This document shows positions 1 to 13,299 of a DNA stretch of 64,000 nucleotides, in pieces. Location: positions 16,120,001 through 16,184,000 of the forward strand of contig CM060734.1 in assembly GCA_030704615.1 (NCBI GenBank), in the 5' to 3' direction. Under the pieces are notes generated by a model that had not been told where the DNA came from, made no database searches, and was given only the letters and a program-made list of their open reading frames with translations. The DNA is from Takakia lepidozioides. Lineage: Eukaryota; Plantae; Bryophyta. The position numbers and the translations under genes were made by a program. The stretch's first letter is position 1. Each line of letters starts with the position of its first letter.

Positions 1-221
1 AGACTCCCCACGACTCCATACGCTACCACCACCCCACACAGAGCCCCCCAATCGCAACCCGGTTGGCGGGGCTCCACCTAGTGAGCGCCTCCGCCTCCTT
101 GAGTGCCTTCGGCACTCAAGGGTGCTTCAGCCCCTATCCCGATTCGCCGCCGCTACCCCCACCATAGGGGCAACCCCTCTTGTGTTCCGACCCCTCGCCC
201 TCAAGGCAAAGGGCCCTGACA
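1..221 (-). mobile_element. Partial LTR (5' end) of the chromovirus family seen intact at 28566-35540
   Basis: Reverse complement starts TGTCAGGGCCCTTTGCCTTGAGGGCG..., matching the LTR start TGTCGCGGCCCTTTGCCTTGAGAGC at 28566. The LTR runs off the left edge of the window. Confidence 0.9.
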
Positions 222-999
222 TCTCTTTTGACACAAGAAGGGACTGCTAAAAACTCTCCATGGCACTGTCAACTTCAAACATCTAGCTTTTAACCTTATC
301 CTCCTTTGTTTGGCATCGAGCAGCTTAAGTCAACCTCACGATGCTAACGGCAATGACAAAGCCGATATAGGCTTCACCGCCGCACCTTCTAACCATCGCT
401 CCATTGGCAGAACTTGACATCTTTCTAACTAAAGATTACCTGAACACACATAATCATTTTTGTCCCCAACCTTGTTATAGACATAATCTAGAGACCATAA
501 AAGTCACTGTCACCTTCTTTCTCCACAGTGCAGTCCGTACTATCAGAAACCAGCTTGCCTTTTGCTAGACGTTTTCAAAGTGCCAAGTCGTCTGAATTTC
601 CACATAGAACCGAAAGAGGTCCACAGCCTCGGGCAAACCAGAACAAGTCTTATCCAAGCCTTCCTAACATTGTGTCAGAGCCGAATCCTCTTCATTGGTT
701 GGACATGAAGTTTGCCATCAACAACTGCGAGCCGATTTGTCCGCACAACTGCTGCTCCTGCTTTGTATATCCTGCGCAGAGCCTACAAGGCTGTCCAAGC
801 CTCCATCTCGTCTCTTATTTGGCATCCCGTGTTGTGCCTCCCGTGCACACCATCGTATCAGACCGCAAACGAGACCAGCAACAATGACTTCTACCTTAAC
901 CACTCATTACGAGTCGAGCTTTCTCTACTTCAAACACCGTCGACATAGTGCTAACATAAAAGAAATCTATCTAGCTTAGCACTACAAAATTAGACATAT

Positions 1000-1330
1000 C
1001 ATCTCTCTCGAGTGATAATGAAACTCAAAAATCACTCATATTTGATTAAGCCCACTGCACCCCAAGGCTCTGGGGAATCAACAGACACAACGCCATAGCT
1101 AAGCTACCAGACGTAGTGAGGCTCAACTCGAGAGAGATGAGCCTCACTGCGTCTGCCGCCGCGAGGATACCCCCCCCAGGGCCCATTATGAACTTTGGGC
1201 CCTGAATTGACACTTGGGCAAACTCAAGTATCAATACATAACAACTAGTTATTTCCTAGCTAGTTTCACACTAGCTACCTTAAACTAGATAGTTTCATAC
1301 TAACTAATAAAATAACTAGTTTCACATTAA
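1000..1330. repeat. Copy 1 of a diverged ~330-bp repeat with a conserved hairpin (likely retroelement non-coding remnant)
   Basis: Shares blocks with 1810-2155: TCTCT(C/T)TCGAGTGATAA, CACCCCAAG..TGGGGA, GGCTCAACTCGAGAGAGATGAGCC and AACTAGTT..TAGTTTCACACT. Confidence 0.7.
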
Positions 1331-1809
1331 CTAGTGAACTAGTTAATTTAATCACAGAGCGAACTTCCTCCATCGTCAGATTTTTCCTGCATTTTTTGGA
1401 GTCATCTAGCATTAAAATCCACTTGACAGTTGAGTTTTTTCCTGTCTCAATAGATATTGGTTCTATCATGAACCATTTTCTTATGCATCTCTTGAAGAGT
1501 TCTCAAGAAATAAAAATCAGTTGGATAAAGAAATAAAAACCTTGTGGTGAAGCAAGCCAACGATGTAATAAACCTAAGAACATTTGGACTAAAATCGATA
1601 AGTGGGTAATGATGATCATGCAGCTCAAGCAGTAGCTTAGCGACTTTAAAAGCAAACCACGATGACCTACAATATGAATAAAGAGCTTAGAGTTAGTACT
1701 CTTTCCCTTATTGCATGAGTCTGTTATGACTATTGAAGATGTCGTGCGCATACGTATCGCTACACAACTACATCGCTGTCCAAACTACACCACACATATA
1801 TGGACACAT

Positions 1810-2155
1810 ATCTCTTTCGAGTGATAAGAGAACTAAAATCACACTGTTGACACAAGAACATGAAATACAACACCATCACTCGTTAAACTAAGAGTCGAGC
1901 TAGGGGCACCCCAAGCTATGGGGACTCCACCCTACAACATCCTATTCTCCCTTCATAAGCACACTCAGATTCTAAGCAGTGAAGGAGCTCGGTCGTGCAG
2001 GCTCAACTCGAGAGAGATGAGCCGCACGACTGACGCTCTCGTGAAGATAAGATGGTTCAGGTGTCAAGCTAAACTTGACACCTGACTTAACACTTGAACT
2101 AAATCCAAGTGTTAAATATAAATAACTAGTTTTATTCTAGTTAGTTTCACACTGT
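1810..2155. repeat. Copy 2 of the diverged repeat with a conserved hairpin
   Basis: Same ordered blocks as 1000-1330. Confidence 0.7.
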
Positions 2156-2479
2156 GTTTATTTAACTTGACAAAGATGTATATCCTCGTTCTTCCTCAGT
2201 GTTATTAGCTTTTGTGTTGTCTAAACAATATAGCTTTGTGTTGACCTAGAGAACTAGATGATTGAAATTTGAAGAGTGATGGTTTATGCTCAGACCGTTG
2301 CAAGTTAGGCGCGGAAGTTAGATGATAACTATCCGGATATATATTTAAAATAAAAAATAAAAAGATTTTCACATACCTTTTGTAGGCCAACAACAACCAG
2401 GGGTGGTGTGTTGGATATGTGGAGGACCCATGTCAAGAAAGTTTGCCCAGATAAAGATAAGGGGCAGACACAAGCTCAA

Positions 2480-2545
2480 CTTGCACAATTGCGACCATTG
2501 TGGCAAATATGGTCATGACATGGGCCATTGTTACGATCTTCATCT
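2480..2545 (+). pseudogene. CCHC zinc-knuckle remnant (gag or LINE ORF1-like)
   Basis: Translates CDHCGKYGHDMGHC = CX2CX4HX4C. The surrounding frame is broken. Confidence 0.5.
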
Positions 2546-4349
2546 TGCGTTGCATCCAAGCCAATACCAAGGGAGCAATGGTGGCCGGGGGTGAGGTACT
2601 GCAGCCAGAGAAGACGAGGTGGTCAGGCACAAGGTGCAAGACGAAGACAAGCACATCATGGCCAGAGACGTGGAGGTCAGGGCGTTTACCAAGCATAAGT
2701 GGCTGAGCTCATGAGTCCAACAATACTCGGAGTGGCCAGAACCTCCTGCCTATCGGCCCACTCAAACAGAAAATGTCATCCTGGTTGTCTTACAAGACAA
2801 CTCCAGACCTTGTCACCATGGCGCGCTCAATGGCTGGCCTAGCTGGCAGCTTCGTCAACCTGGTAGTTGCAGCTTGCTATGGCGTGGTCGTGGTAGTCTT
2901 GACCCTCACATCCGAGGACCCCTCCGCCATTATACCTTCTACTAACTCCGCAGAAGATGAAGTGACCTCCCCCTCTCACAGAGTGTTGCTGCTAGTCTGA
3001 ACACTGCAGCTGGTCTTACCTCCGGCATCGCAATCATGGTTGCCGAGAACAGTAGGGCCTGACACACAGAGGTGGCCACCCCCAACAGCACACTGGCTGC
3101 AGTAGCTTTGGCAGCCGGTGCCAATGTTGCACGTGTAGCTCTCCCCAATGGCACAATAACCTCCGCATCGGTATCCGTTGGGCGAGAACTAGGTGCCATG
3201 GATAGCGTCGACACTATCTCCGCCAATGTGAATGATTGAGGCAGCATGGCCTAACGGCTTGCCTCCCCACGCTGTGGATCCAACTCCACATCTGCACCTC
3301 GTGGCTCATGAACTCGTGCTGCCCATGGAATCTTGAATTTTCGAAAACTTTTATATCCGCAATGCAGATTTGAGCTCAAGACCACCTACACACCACGACT
3401 ACTTCCATACCACTAGGCTACTCCACGATTCTTGGAAGAAGTATAATGTTTAACAATAATATACTAGGGCTTCGCGTTGCTCCGCACTACTAGCGACGAC
3501 TTCTGAGAATGACGTCCAAATAGATGGGCTATATTCAAGTTCTAAGATACTCACACAATAGACAGCAAAACAAAAACATCCAAAAGAGGCATTGCAAGAG
3601 ATTAAATTTGCTCCAGACCAATGTTGGACGGATCTAAACTCGGTCCAGTCGTCCAGACAGCCGGAAATGAGCTATGACAATCAAAGTACTACTTCCACAC
3701 TAGAAATTGCACGAGACAATTGCATGAACTCCTATATTAAATTCCTCAGAACCAGTTGCAGATAAGTTATCCGTCAATCCATGCCCTTGAGTTATAGGTG
3801 GGACTCAACATGTGAAATAGAGTGGAAGGTGGCAAGCTGCAGTCGTTCAACAAAGGAATGTGATAAAAAAAACTCTCATAACTTCCCACCAATTAGCCAG
3901 CTGGAAGCCCAGGCAGGACCAGACCAGGCAAGAGCTCGCACAAGCCCTCCATTGTTGCAACAATCTTAGCAGCACGTGGGAAAGTTGGACCAAGAGATCG
4001 TTTCAGAGAAACACAATCTAAAATGCAAGGGACTGTGTTTATCGCCGTATAACACCTTCGCTTGTGCAGGTAAGCTGCCAAGCATGTCTGATCCTCGTAA
4101 TGGAGACTTCAGTGAGAGACTGAATTCCACGGAATAGACAGTGGAATCTCCCACAGATCTCATTATACAGAGGGCACTATAAGACGAACTGTTCTTCAGT
4201 TTCAATTTCCTGGTTGTGCCTGGTGCAAGCTGGGCATAGGGCAGTCCTCCCGTTGCACGAAAAGAAAGAGATTGAAATGAAATGGAACTTGTAATGTCCA
4301 CATATTAAAGCTCGAAGAGTTTATGGGACAAAATGTGTAAAAATAAGAG

Positions 4350-4770
4350 AGAGGGCATTGTAACAGAAAATGGATATTGTCTTCAAGCCATTTGCACATC
4401 GGACATTGACAATCTCCTTTTCCTCTCTGCATCCGCCTATTGTTCAAAGTAGACTCCCCACCCTGAGTTAAAATTACAGTAGTGCCAAGGCTGCCCTTCA
4501 CTCATCAATGTCACAAACTGGAAATGAGTTCAGGGTTTTATGCCTAGCTTTTGTTCGGACATTCTGCACGCTTCCAACATGGCCTTGGACACATCAGCCT
4601 CCAAGTCAACTTCATCTTAACAGGGTCAGCTCCTCTTGCCTAATATTCAGGTACTTGAAAATCTCCTCTTCCCGTTCCGCCAGGACTTCACCTGGGTGGA
4701 ATCAAGCTAGGGTGGCTAGAAAAAGTCCATCATGTGGCCTACCCAAGAAGTCCTTTGGTTGGTAGAATTT
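4350..4770 (-). pseudogene. LINE (L1-like) ORF2 C-terminal zf-RVT remnant
   Basis: LNNRRMQRGKGDCQCPMCKWLEDNIHFLLQCP fits the zf-RVT pattern C-x2-C...E...H-x4-C. Confidence 0.55.
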
Positions 4771-5074
4771 GCTGATTTTAAAAAAGGAAATTAACACAGC
4801 CGTTGGATTCATCCGTCCAACTTGATCTGAACCGTCAAGTTTTCTAGTGGCGATGCGGGAATGCTCACCGGTAGACGACAGTTTTTGGAATATTTTGAGG
4901 TACCGACGGAGAATGTTACCGGCTGTTACCGGTTCAGTGCAGATCTAGTGTTTCTCTCTCCCGCACGTTTCATACGTGTTTGCGTGCAAGGCGACGTTAT
5001 CCTAACCACACTGCTGCGCTCAGATGCCAAATAGCCAGCGACGTGCATGTGAATAGTTGACAGACAGGCTGTGT

Positions 5075-6217
5075 ATGTGTACAAGTCCTGTAAAAAACAT
5101 GATTGACAATGAGTTTCAAACTAGTACTCTCAAAATAGAGGGCCGAAGGGTCAAAGTAGAAGTCGAGCACCAGAGGACATATCCTCCGGGTTTTGCCGCA
5201 CCATTGTATGCAAACATTCCTGACTTGGGAGACGGGGGTCCTGTTTGTAAAAGAGTTTTCCATGAAAAATATGGTCTTTGTTGTGAAGGCCTCAGTCCCA
5301 AGAGAGTTAGAATCCCCATAGACATCACACAAGAAGAGGTTGCCAAGTGGTTTGGACCTGTGATGAACAAGAATGGCCACTCCTACACTCACACAGATGA
5401 TCCTGAGCTCATTAGCAAAATAGAAAACCTGTGGATGGTAGTGCATCAGAAGCCTTATGTACCTGCATCACGATTGATTTCACTAGGCATGGCCAGAGGT
5501 TTAGCACTTGAGCAACAAGGGAAGAAGAAAATGAACTGGGCATTGTATGGAGAGTGGACGAATGCGGAGCAGCGTCGAAGGAAGGCACAGTCAGAAGCCC
5601 TGTTGATTCTCAGTGTTGGAGATGAAGGAGATTGCAAAATGGAAGGTGCAGACAAGAGTGCAGACCTGAGAAACCTACAGCCGCGCTGTGTGAGTGAAGT
5701 GCTGGAAACCGAGCTCGTTTTGTCTCATTTGCATTTTTGGGTTTGTGGGTTTGTAGTAGTATCATGTGGACTTACATCATTTGCATGCTTGTGCAGGTGC
5801 TATCCCACAAGTCCTGCATGAATATGTGGCTTTCACAGAGAGGAGCTTACATGCTGCAGATGAGAAGATAGCAGCGGCCAAGCGGGTGAAAGAAGATACC
5901 CACCTGTCGGCCGTCAAAGCACATAGTCTAATGGAGGATAGAAACCACCATCTAACTGTTGCGCAAGGAAGCTTGATGTGTTGCTTGCAGAGTTTGAGAG
6001 TGTTAGTTGTGATGATAGTGCCTTGAGAGAGTTATTGAGTAAGAAAATTGACTCTCAAAAGAGCTTGGTGGAGACTTTTGAGGCTCTTGCATTTGAGGGC
6101 AACATTGAACACGAGCGCGTCAGTAAAGAGGCGGATGAACTGGGTCGTAGGTTATTCACGATTGAGGAAACCTTCTCATTTGCCCAACGTCACCATGAAG
6201 CGGCATGTAGACACTGA
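5075..6217 (+). pseudogene. Spliced gene fragment of unknown function, probably TE accessory (globular domain followed by coiled coil)
   Basis: 254-aa ORF 5057-5821 with protein-like composition (..RGLALEQQGKKKMNWALYGEWTN). A GT-rich putative intron ends TTGTGCAG at ~5797, followed by frameshifted coiled-coil frames 5798-6217. Confidence 0.4.
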
Positions 6218-6578
6218 GAAGAGTGACACTGCCAAGGGTGACACACATAAGATTGTTACTCAGCAGAGTGACACTGGGAAGGAACCCGATGAGAAGGGTG
6301 ACACTGCAAAGAGTGACACTGATAATGTGGCCAAAGAGAAGGGTGACACTGAGACCAGTGACACTGAGAAGGTAGCCGGAGAGAAGGGTGACACTGAGAT
6401 GCGTGACTCTGAGGAGGTAGCCGAAGAGAAGGGTGACACTAAGAAGAGTGACACTGAGGAGGTAGCCAAAGAGAAGGGTGACATTGAGAAGGAAGCCGAA
6501 GAGAAGGGGTGACACTGAGAATCGTGACACTGAGGAGGTAGCCGAAGAGAAGGGTGACACTAAGAAGCGTGACTCTGA
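6205..6578 (+). repeat. 15-bp minisatellite (GAGAAGGGTGACACT) with 45-bp higher-order unit
   Basis: Repeated GAGAAGGGTGACACT / AAGAAGAGTGACACT / GAGGAGGTAGCCGAA trimers that read as EKGDT-KKSDT-EEVAE. Confidence 0.9.
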
Positions 6579-7645
6579 ATGGATGAAGTCATGGAGGCTT
6601 ACTCCTTATTATTGGGACGTCCCTGGCTGAAACAGGCCAGGGTATTCCATGACTGGAATTCCCAGTTACTAACTGTGCATAATGGGATGCACAAGATACA
6701 AATTACCACTAAGAAATCTAGTAGATTATCTGCTACGAGAAGACCTCGAGGGGTCAGGGAGTATGACTGGAGGGGAGGACTGGATGAGGAGCAGGAAGCT
6801 ACTCTGTTCGCTGCACACCCAGAGTGGGAGTAGGTTGCAGAGATGCAGCAGGAAGACCTAAGTTGTTTAAAAGGTATCTGCTGTGGTGTAGTGACAGCAA
6901 CACCAATTGAAGGTGAAATAAGCAGTTACCCACCACATTTTTATGAAGAAAGAGAAGGAGAAATGGAAATCCTAGAGGAACCAGCCACTGTGAGTTTACA
7001 GGATGAAGTGGTGACTGGTTGGACAATCACAGCTGATGAGCAGGTGAGAGAAGTGAATGTGGGAACTGAAGAGGAATCGAGGATGGTGAAAGTAGGGGCT
7101 GATTTGGAGCCAGAATTCTTTGAGGAAGCTAAGAGTTTGTTCATCAAATACAGAGATGTATTTGCTTGGAGCTACGAGGATCTAAAAGGGATACCACCTG
7201 AGATCTGTCAGCATAAGATTGAACTGGAACCAGGGTCAGTACCAATCAAACAGGCACGGTACAGAATGAATCCCAACTATGCACAGAAGGTTGGAGAAGA
7301 GATCAAGAAGTTGGCTGAGGCTAAGTTTATATACCCGATAGAGTATACAACTTGGTTGTCACCCATTGTGATAGTTCCCAAGAAAGAATGGTAAACTGAG
7401 AGTTTGTGTGAACTATAAGAAGTTGAATGCTTGCACAAAAAAAGATCCTTTCCCTTTGCCATTCACAGAAGCGGTATTGGACACTGTGGCAGGCCATGAC
7501 ATGTACTCATTCATGGATGGCTTCAGTGGTTATAATCAAGTGCAAGTGGCAGAAGAAGACCAGGGAAAGACAACTTTCATCACAGACTGGGGTGCTTATG
7601 CATACAAAGTCATGCCTTTTGGACTTTGTAATGCACCAGCAACCT
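6579..7645 (+). pseudogene. pol: Family B pol fragment: protease end to RT N-terminal half
   Basis: ORFs 6579-6833, 6843-7394 and 7408-; WLSPIVIVPKK, KDPFPLPF, MPFGLCNAPAT. One stop codon and one frameshift. Confidence 0.9.
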
Positions 7646-8577
7646 TAGAAATTACTCCCCAGTACCTGCAGCAACTGTTTGATTTGCCATCATGACATGT
7701 GGATGTGGATGAGCACAGGGCAAGATTGCAGATAGGGAATTTTTTCCAAGAAGGGAGTTTCTTTAAAACTCAAGGTTTTGCTTGTACCAAAGCCGAATAC
7801 CCAGGGCTTAGGGAAGTTGGCCAAATCTTGAACGTTCTGTTTGCCATGAAACAGAACCAACAGTATTTGAGTAGGTCATTCACAGAGGAGATCCTGAAAG
7901 CTTTAAGGGGAGAGGATGTCGCTTGGGCGGAGTTAATGTACAACGGATTGGTGGACGAGATGAAGAGGTTACAGGGCACTGCTGCTAAGTCTCCGATCAT
8001 TGTGTCCGGTCCAGTCATTGCCCAAATAATTCTTGATTCTTGCATACTTGATACTCGGGAACGTAAGGAGATGGGAGTGTTTGAGGCAGAAACCACTGCA
8101 ATTGAAGAGCAAGGCTCTTCACACAGTGAGGGTGGACTGGCAGCGCAACACCAGTCTATGCGGGGTAAGACTGTAGTGGCGGATCCACTGGCTTCACGGA
8201 AACCGCACGATAATGTTTCCCAAGCTCTTGTGCAGGATGGGGCACAACAGCACAGAGAGCTGCTATTATTGGAAGCAGGGCCTTCAGAGAGGGAAGAGGA
8301 AGTCACTTCGATACCACAACCACCACAACCAATTGACTCTGTTGTTTTAGAGGTTCCCTAGTTAGTATATGCTGTGGCATCACCCCCAATTGCTCTGGAA
8401 GGAGAAAGGTTGGACATTCCCACTACAGAGCAGGTTGTGGCCGAAATTGAGAAGGGTGACCTTCTCTATGAAAATTCTGGCTTGGTAAGGGAAACAGTGA
8501 TCCCAGAGGTGCAGCGGTTGTCCAGAGGAAACCCTGCTGTGCATGTAATACCCACACTTGTGACGGAGGTACCAGAG
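7646..8577 (+). pseudogene. Displaced segment of the family B extra 3' ORF, inserted inside RT
   Basis: EITPQYLQQLFDLP..ALRGEDVAWAELMY..EVPE is homologous to 55800-56750(-), where it lies downstream of integrase. Confidence 0.88.
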
Positions 8578-10860
8578 AGTGATAAGTGAATCTTTTCATG
8601 AGTATCTGGATGATTTCATGCAGGTGTTCTTGGATGATTTCAGTGTGTACAGCTCTAAGAATGAGCACTTGCATAAATTGGAGTTATGTTTGGCCAGATG
8701 CAGGATGAGAGGTCCGAGCCTGAATCCAGAAAAGTGTACTTTCTGTGTGAACTCAGGGGTGCTTTTGGGACACATTGTGTGTAAGAGGGGACTTCTTGTG
8801 GATCCCAGGAAGACAGAGGCCATTAAAGCCTCTCCACCACCAATAAATGTTAAGAGTCTAAGAAGATTCCTTGGACAAACCAGTTATTACAGAAGATTTG
8901 TCAAGAGGTATGCACAGATAGCAGCACCATTGAGCAAGATTCTGAAGAAAGATGCAGTGTTTGCATGGACAGCTGAATGTCAACAGGCTTTTGAGGAACT
9001 TACATTGTCAGTAACAACTACACTTGTGCTGATTAACCCTCACTGGCATGTAGTATTTCATGTTCACTGTGATGCCTCAGGAGAAGCGTTGGGAGCGGTG
9101 TTAGCCCAAAATGTTATAGGAAATATAGATTCACCAGTGTACTATGCTAGCAGGTTGATGAACAGTGCTGAAAGGAACTATAGCACAACTGAAAGAGAAG
9201 CACTGGCAATGATTTATGCAGTCAAGAAATTCAGGCATTACCTATTGGGAAGAAAGTTTATGTTTTATGTGGATCGCCAGGCTCTGATATATCTGGTGAA
9301 CAAACCTTTGATAAGTGGAAGGATAGCAAGGTGGTTAATAATCTTGCACGAGTTTGAGTTCGAAGTTGTTTACAAGCCTGGCCGTTTGCATCTTGTGGCA
9401 GATCATTTGTCACGCCTAACGACAGGAGAGCCCGCCACAGGAGTAGACGACCAATTGCCTGATGCGAGTTTATTTGCAATGGAGGTGCAAGGAAGTGCAG
9501 ATGAATGGTTAGATTGGCAGTAGCCAATCAGATACTACCTTACTCATGGTCAGTGCCCACCTAGTTATGGTAAGGAGCAGAGGAAGAGAATCGCTATCAA
9601 GGCTTTACCTTATACTATGGTAGGGGGTAGAATGTATAAGCTAGGACCTGATGGAGTACTTAAACGATGCTTGTACCACCTTGAAGTAAATAAAGTTTTG
9701 GAGGAAGTTCATAAAGGAGTGGCTGGAGGACATTTTGGAGAAGAGACTACCAGTAGGAAGATACTACTTGCAGGTTACTGGTGGCCTACTTTGTTCAAGG
9801 ATGTACACAAGTATTGTCAGAGTTGTGATGAATGTCAGAGGCTAGGACCTTTGCAGAGATCTGGGAAGATGGCTTTGCATCCTACGATGCCTACTGAACC
9901 ATTTCAGAAATGGGGACTAGACTTTGTCGGACCAATTAACCCACCGGCCAAGAATACACAGAACAAGTATATAATTACAGCCACTGATTATACTACGAAG
10001 TGGGTGGAAGCTAAAGCTCTGAGGGACAACACAGCTAAGTCCACAGCAAGGTTCCTGTATGAGAACATACTTACACGATTTGGCTGTCCCTTGGAATTTA
10101 TCAGTGACCAGGGAAGTCACTTCATTAATGAGACCATTGAACTATTGAGTAAAGAGTTCATGATTGTGCATATGAAGAGTATAACGTATTACCCACAGGG
10201 TAATGGGCAGGCAGAGGCTACCAACAAAATACTATGTACTATCTTGGCTAAGATAGTCAATGCAAACAGAACGGATTGGGATACAAAGCTGCTGACAGCT
10301 TTGTGGTCATACAGGACTTCATATAAAGTCACCACTAAGTATACACCATTCCAATTAGTTTATGGTATGGAAGCTTTACTTCCAGTGGAATTCTTGTTAC
10401 CTACCATGAGAACGGAATGGGGAAAGAGAATGGAATTGGAAGATTCAATTAAGGTCAGGAAACATGAATTATACCATGTGGAAGAAGTACGTGCTGATGC
10501 AGCTGATAACATGACCAAAATTCAGATGAAGATGAAGGAACAGTTTGACGAAGGCAAATTAAAGACTTTTAAGATGGGGGATTTGGTTCTCTGGTTGCAG
10601 AAGAAGGGGAAGATTAAAGCTTCTAAGCTTAAATCACCACTGAAAGGACCTTATGTCATACAGAAGATGTATGATAACAACACCGCCATGTTACAAACCA
10701 TTAACAAAGAGATGTTGGGAAGAGTCAATGCCAATAAGTTGAAGGGGTACAGTGGTATCCATGACAAACCCTTACAGCACGATTTGTATGTTGAAACACA
10801 AAAGCAGTCACGGGCTGCGCCAGTGATACCAACGGAGTATGGAGCACTTGTCGCTAAGCC
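8573..10860 (+). pseudogene. pol: Family B pol fragment: RT C-terminal half, RNase H, integrase
   Basis: ORFs 8579-9523 and 9617-11008 are in the same frame, separated by a TAG. Confidence 0.93.
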
Positions 10861-10934
10861 GAGCGTAACCAGGGCGGGCAGTACAAGTGTGACACAGCCT
10901 ATCACAGCCCATCACAGTGCCACACAACCTATCA

Positions 10935-13299
10935 CACTGCAGCACCTGTGGCGGATGAGGTGGTCTAGGAAGAAAATCTGGTGGGGCAATGGCCTGAATG
11001 GTTCGTGAGGCATCACACTGTTGAGGATCAGGGAGAATAGCAGCAAGCTCACCATGATGACCCTCAGCAGGCCATGCTTATGAGTTCCATAAGCAGAACA
11101 CTTAATTTGTTGGGCACTTATGTGAAATCCCATGTTCCATCTACCCAATCGGTAGCTTTGAGGGAGGAGCTCAGAAAGGAGTTTGAGACTCGACTTGTCA
11201 CTAAGTGTGCAAACAAGGTCGATGAGGAGGTCAATCTCAAGTTACAGCAAGAGTTAGAGGATACAAAAGCTGCTTTGCAGTTGGCCAAAGAACATTTGAT
11301 TGAAGCGCAGGACCAGTTGCACGAAGCACATAAACAACAGTTATACCAAATGCAGGTGAAGCATGAGGGCAAATTGCAAGAAGTGAATGCACTACATACA
11401 GAGTTGCAGGCAGTACATGAAAGGATGACCATACAATGTGCTACACTCACAACTACTCTTGAGCAAACTGCATTAAAAGTTAACAGACAAGGGGAAAGAT
11501 GTATGAAGGCAGAGGCAGAAACAGTCGAGCAGACGAAACTCATTGTTAATATGAAGAATACAATCTGTCGCAATGAGAATACTTTCAAGCAATACAGACA
11601 GGTTGAAGCTGACCAAGAGAGGTACATCCTAGAGTTGCAACAAATGGTCATGGTAAATAGAAATGAACTCTCTGTGGCTAACAAGGCTTGGAAGGAAGCC
11701 AATAATCTGGCTGCTGCCTATGCAAGTTTGGTTGAACCTTATGCGAAGCGCATGGAGGCTTTACAGCAGCAGTTAGATGTGTACAGGCTCACAGAGGAGC
11801 AGACTCTCAGGGGTGCCACACACAACTTGGTGGATAACCACCTTATTCAGTTCTGGTTAGCGCAAGGGCAGGTGGAAGGCAAAGCACCACGGAAGCTCAC
11901 CCAGGGCGAGATGAATGAGCTCAGACTGCAGGTGCAGAACATTGCCACAACTACTATAGACAATGTCTATAGTAGGATAGCAGAGCTACAGGAGGATGTA
12001 GAAGGCCTGCAGACTCAGGTGGATGACCTGAGTTCAAATATTGATAAGAGAGTCTTTGTACCTGAGGAGCAACTGATGGCTACTTATTTACAAACCAGAA
12101 CTCTAGTTTTTTAGTCTTCTTCCCAAGGGGTGCAGGAGATGCCAGTGGTACAAGAGCCAGTGCTACCAATACCACAACAAGTGACTGTGCAGGTAGCTAA
12201 CCCTGTTGTTACAACAGCCACACCACAGCCTGAGGTATGGGGGGATGCTGCTTTTAACCCACCTAAGACTCCTGCTGCACAGGAGTACAGTCGGGCTATG
12301 ATTATGCCCTTCAATCAAATTCCCATTGTGTTGGATTTGGCTTGGAAGGAATTTAGTCCTCCGCAGTCGTTGGCACATTACTACTAGATCATGCGCATTT
12401 GGCTGCCAGTGGCAACTAGGACTAAGGTTCTTCCGAACAATCGACCCATTGAGGATCATCACTTTGCGAGGTACTGGTCTGAAGCAAGTACCATGTTGAA
12501 GGAATTAATTGCCTTCCAAGTTGTACATGGGTACATTTATACCAAGACCAAGGAGGTAGCAAGTATTGTCATGGGCTGTGGATTATACTATGTTGCTTGT
12601 TTTCTGGCACGTTATCACATTGAGCAGCAGAAGATGCAATCGCGATTTCTGAGTTATTCCAGTGGGGATCATTGGGTCTTACCTTCAGTGCCACCTCATA
12701 TGTATCTATATGATGCAAAAGTTATGATGCAGAAGGATTCCCAACTTCGTTCATGGTTTCATTCGGCTTGGAACAATTTGACAACACAAAAATTCGGCCC
12801 TGACGATATTTTCTTTAAGGGACATGAGGCATGGAGATACTTGCACTGTTCCCAAGTCATTGGCACACCTCTTACCTGTACAGATAAGGAGTTCAGGATG
12901 TTCACTAATTTTGCGTGCCAGCGCTTGCAACAAGTTGTGCAATTTAAACTTCCAGATATGGTTGGACAACATTGTATGCCACAGAGGATTCCACTTAAAG
13001 TTCGGCCGTTAAAACACCTGAGGGGCGACGAGGATTCTGATACTACTGTTTCTTCAGCGGACTCTTTCGACATGGCAGAGGACTATGCAATTTAGATGGC
13101 AGAGAAGAAACGACGGGGATCTCCTATGCCTGAGAGATTACCTCGATATCAGTCAAAGGAGGGTCTGACATTTATGGGTAGTGCTCAATCATCTCCGTCA
13201 ACCAGTGACAAAACTCGGGCTCGCAGGCGAAGTCCTTCACAAGACTCTCACCATCAGAAGGGTGTTCGATCACAAAGGTTTGCTAATCCTAAACAGTAA
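10935..13299 (+). pseudogene. Family B extra 3' ORF, distal part (long coiled coil plus globular C-terminal domain)
   Basis: ORFs 11074-12114, 12130-12387, 12391-13095 and 13096-13299 form one frame broken by TAG stops at positions where other copies have Gln codons. The frame ends just before the PPT. Confidence 0.88.

Noticed and set aside
11074-12114. Host myosin/SMC-like coiled-coil gene or retroviral env
   Set aside because: It is part of the repeated family B extra ORF located before the PPT/LTR, and no transmembrane segment or signal peptide is evident.
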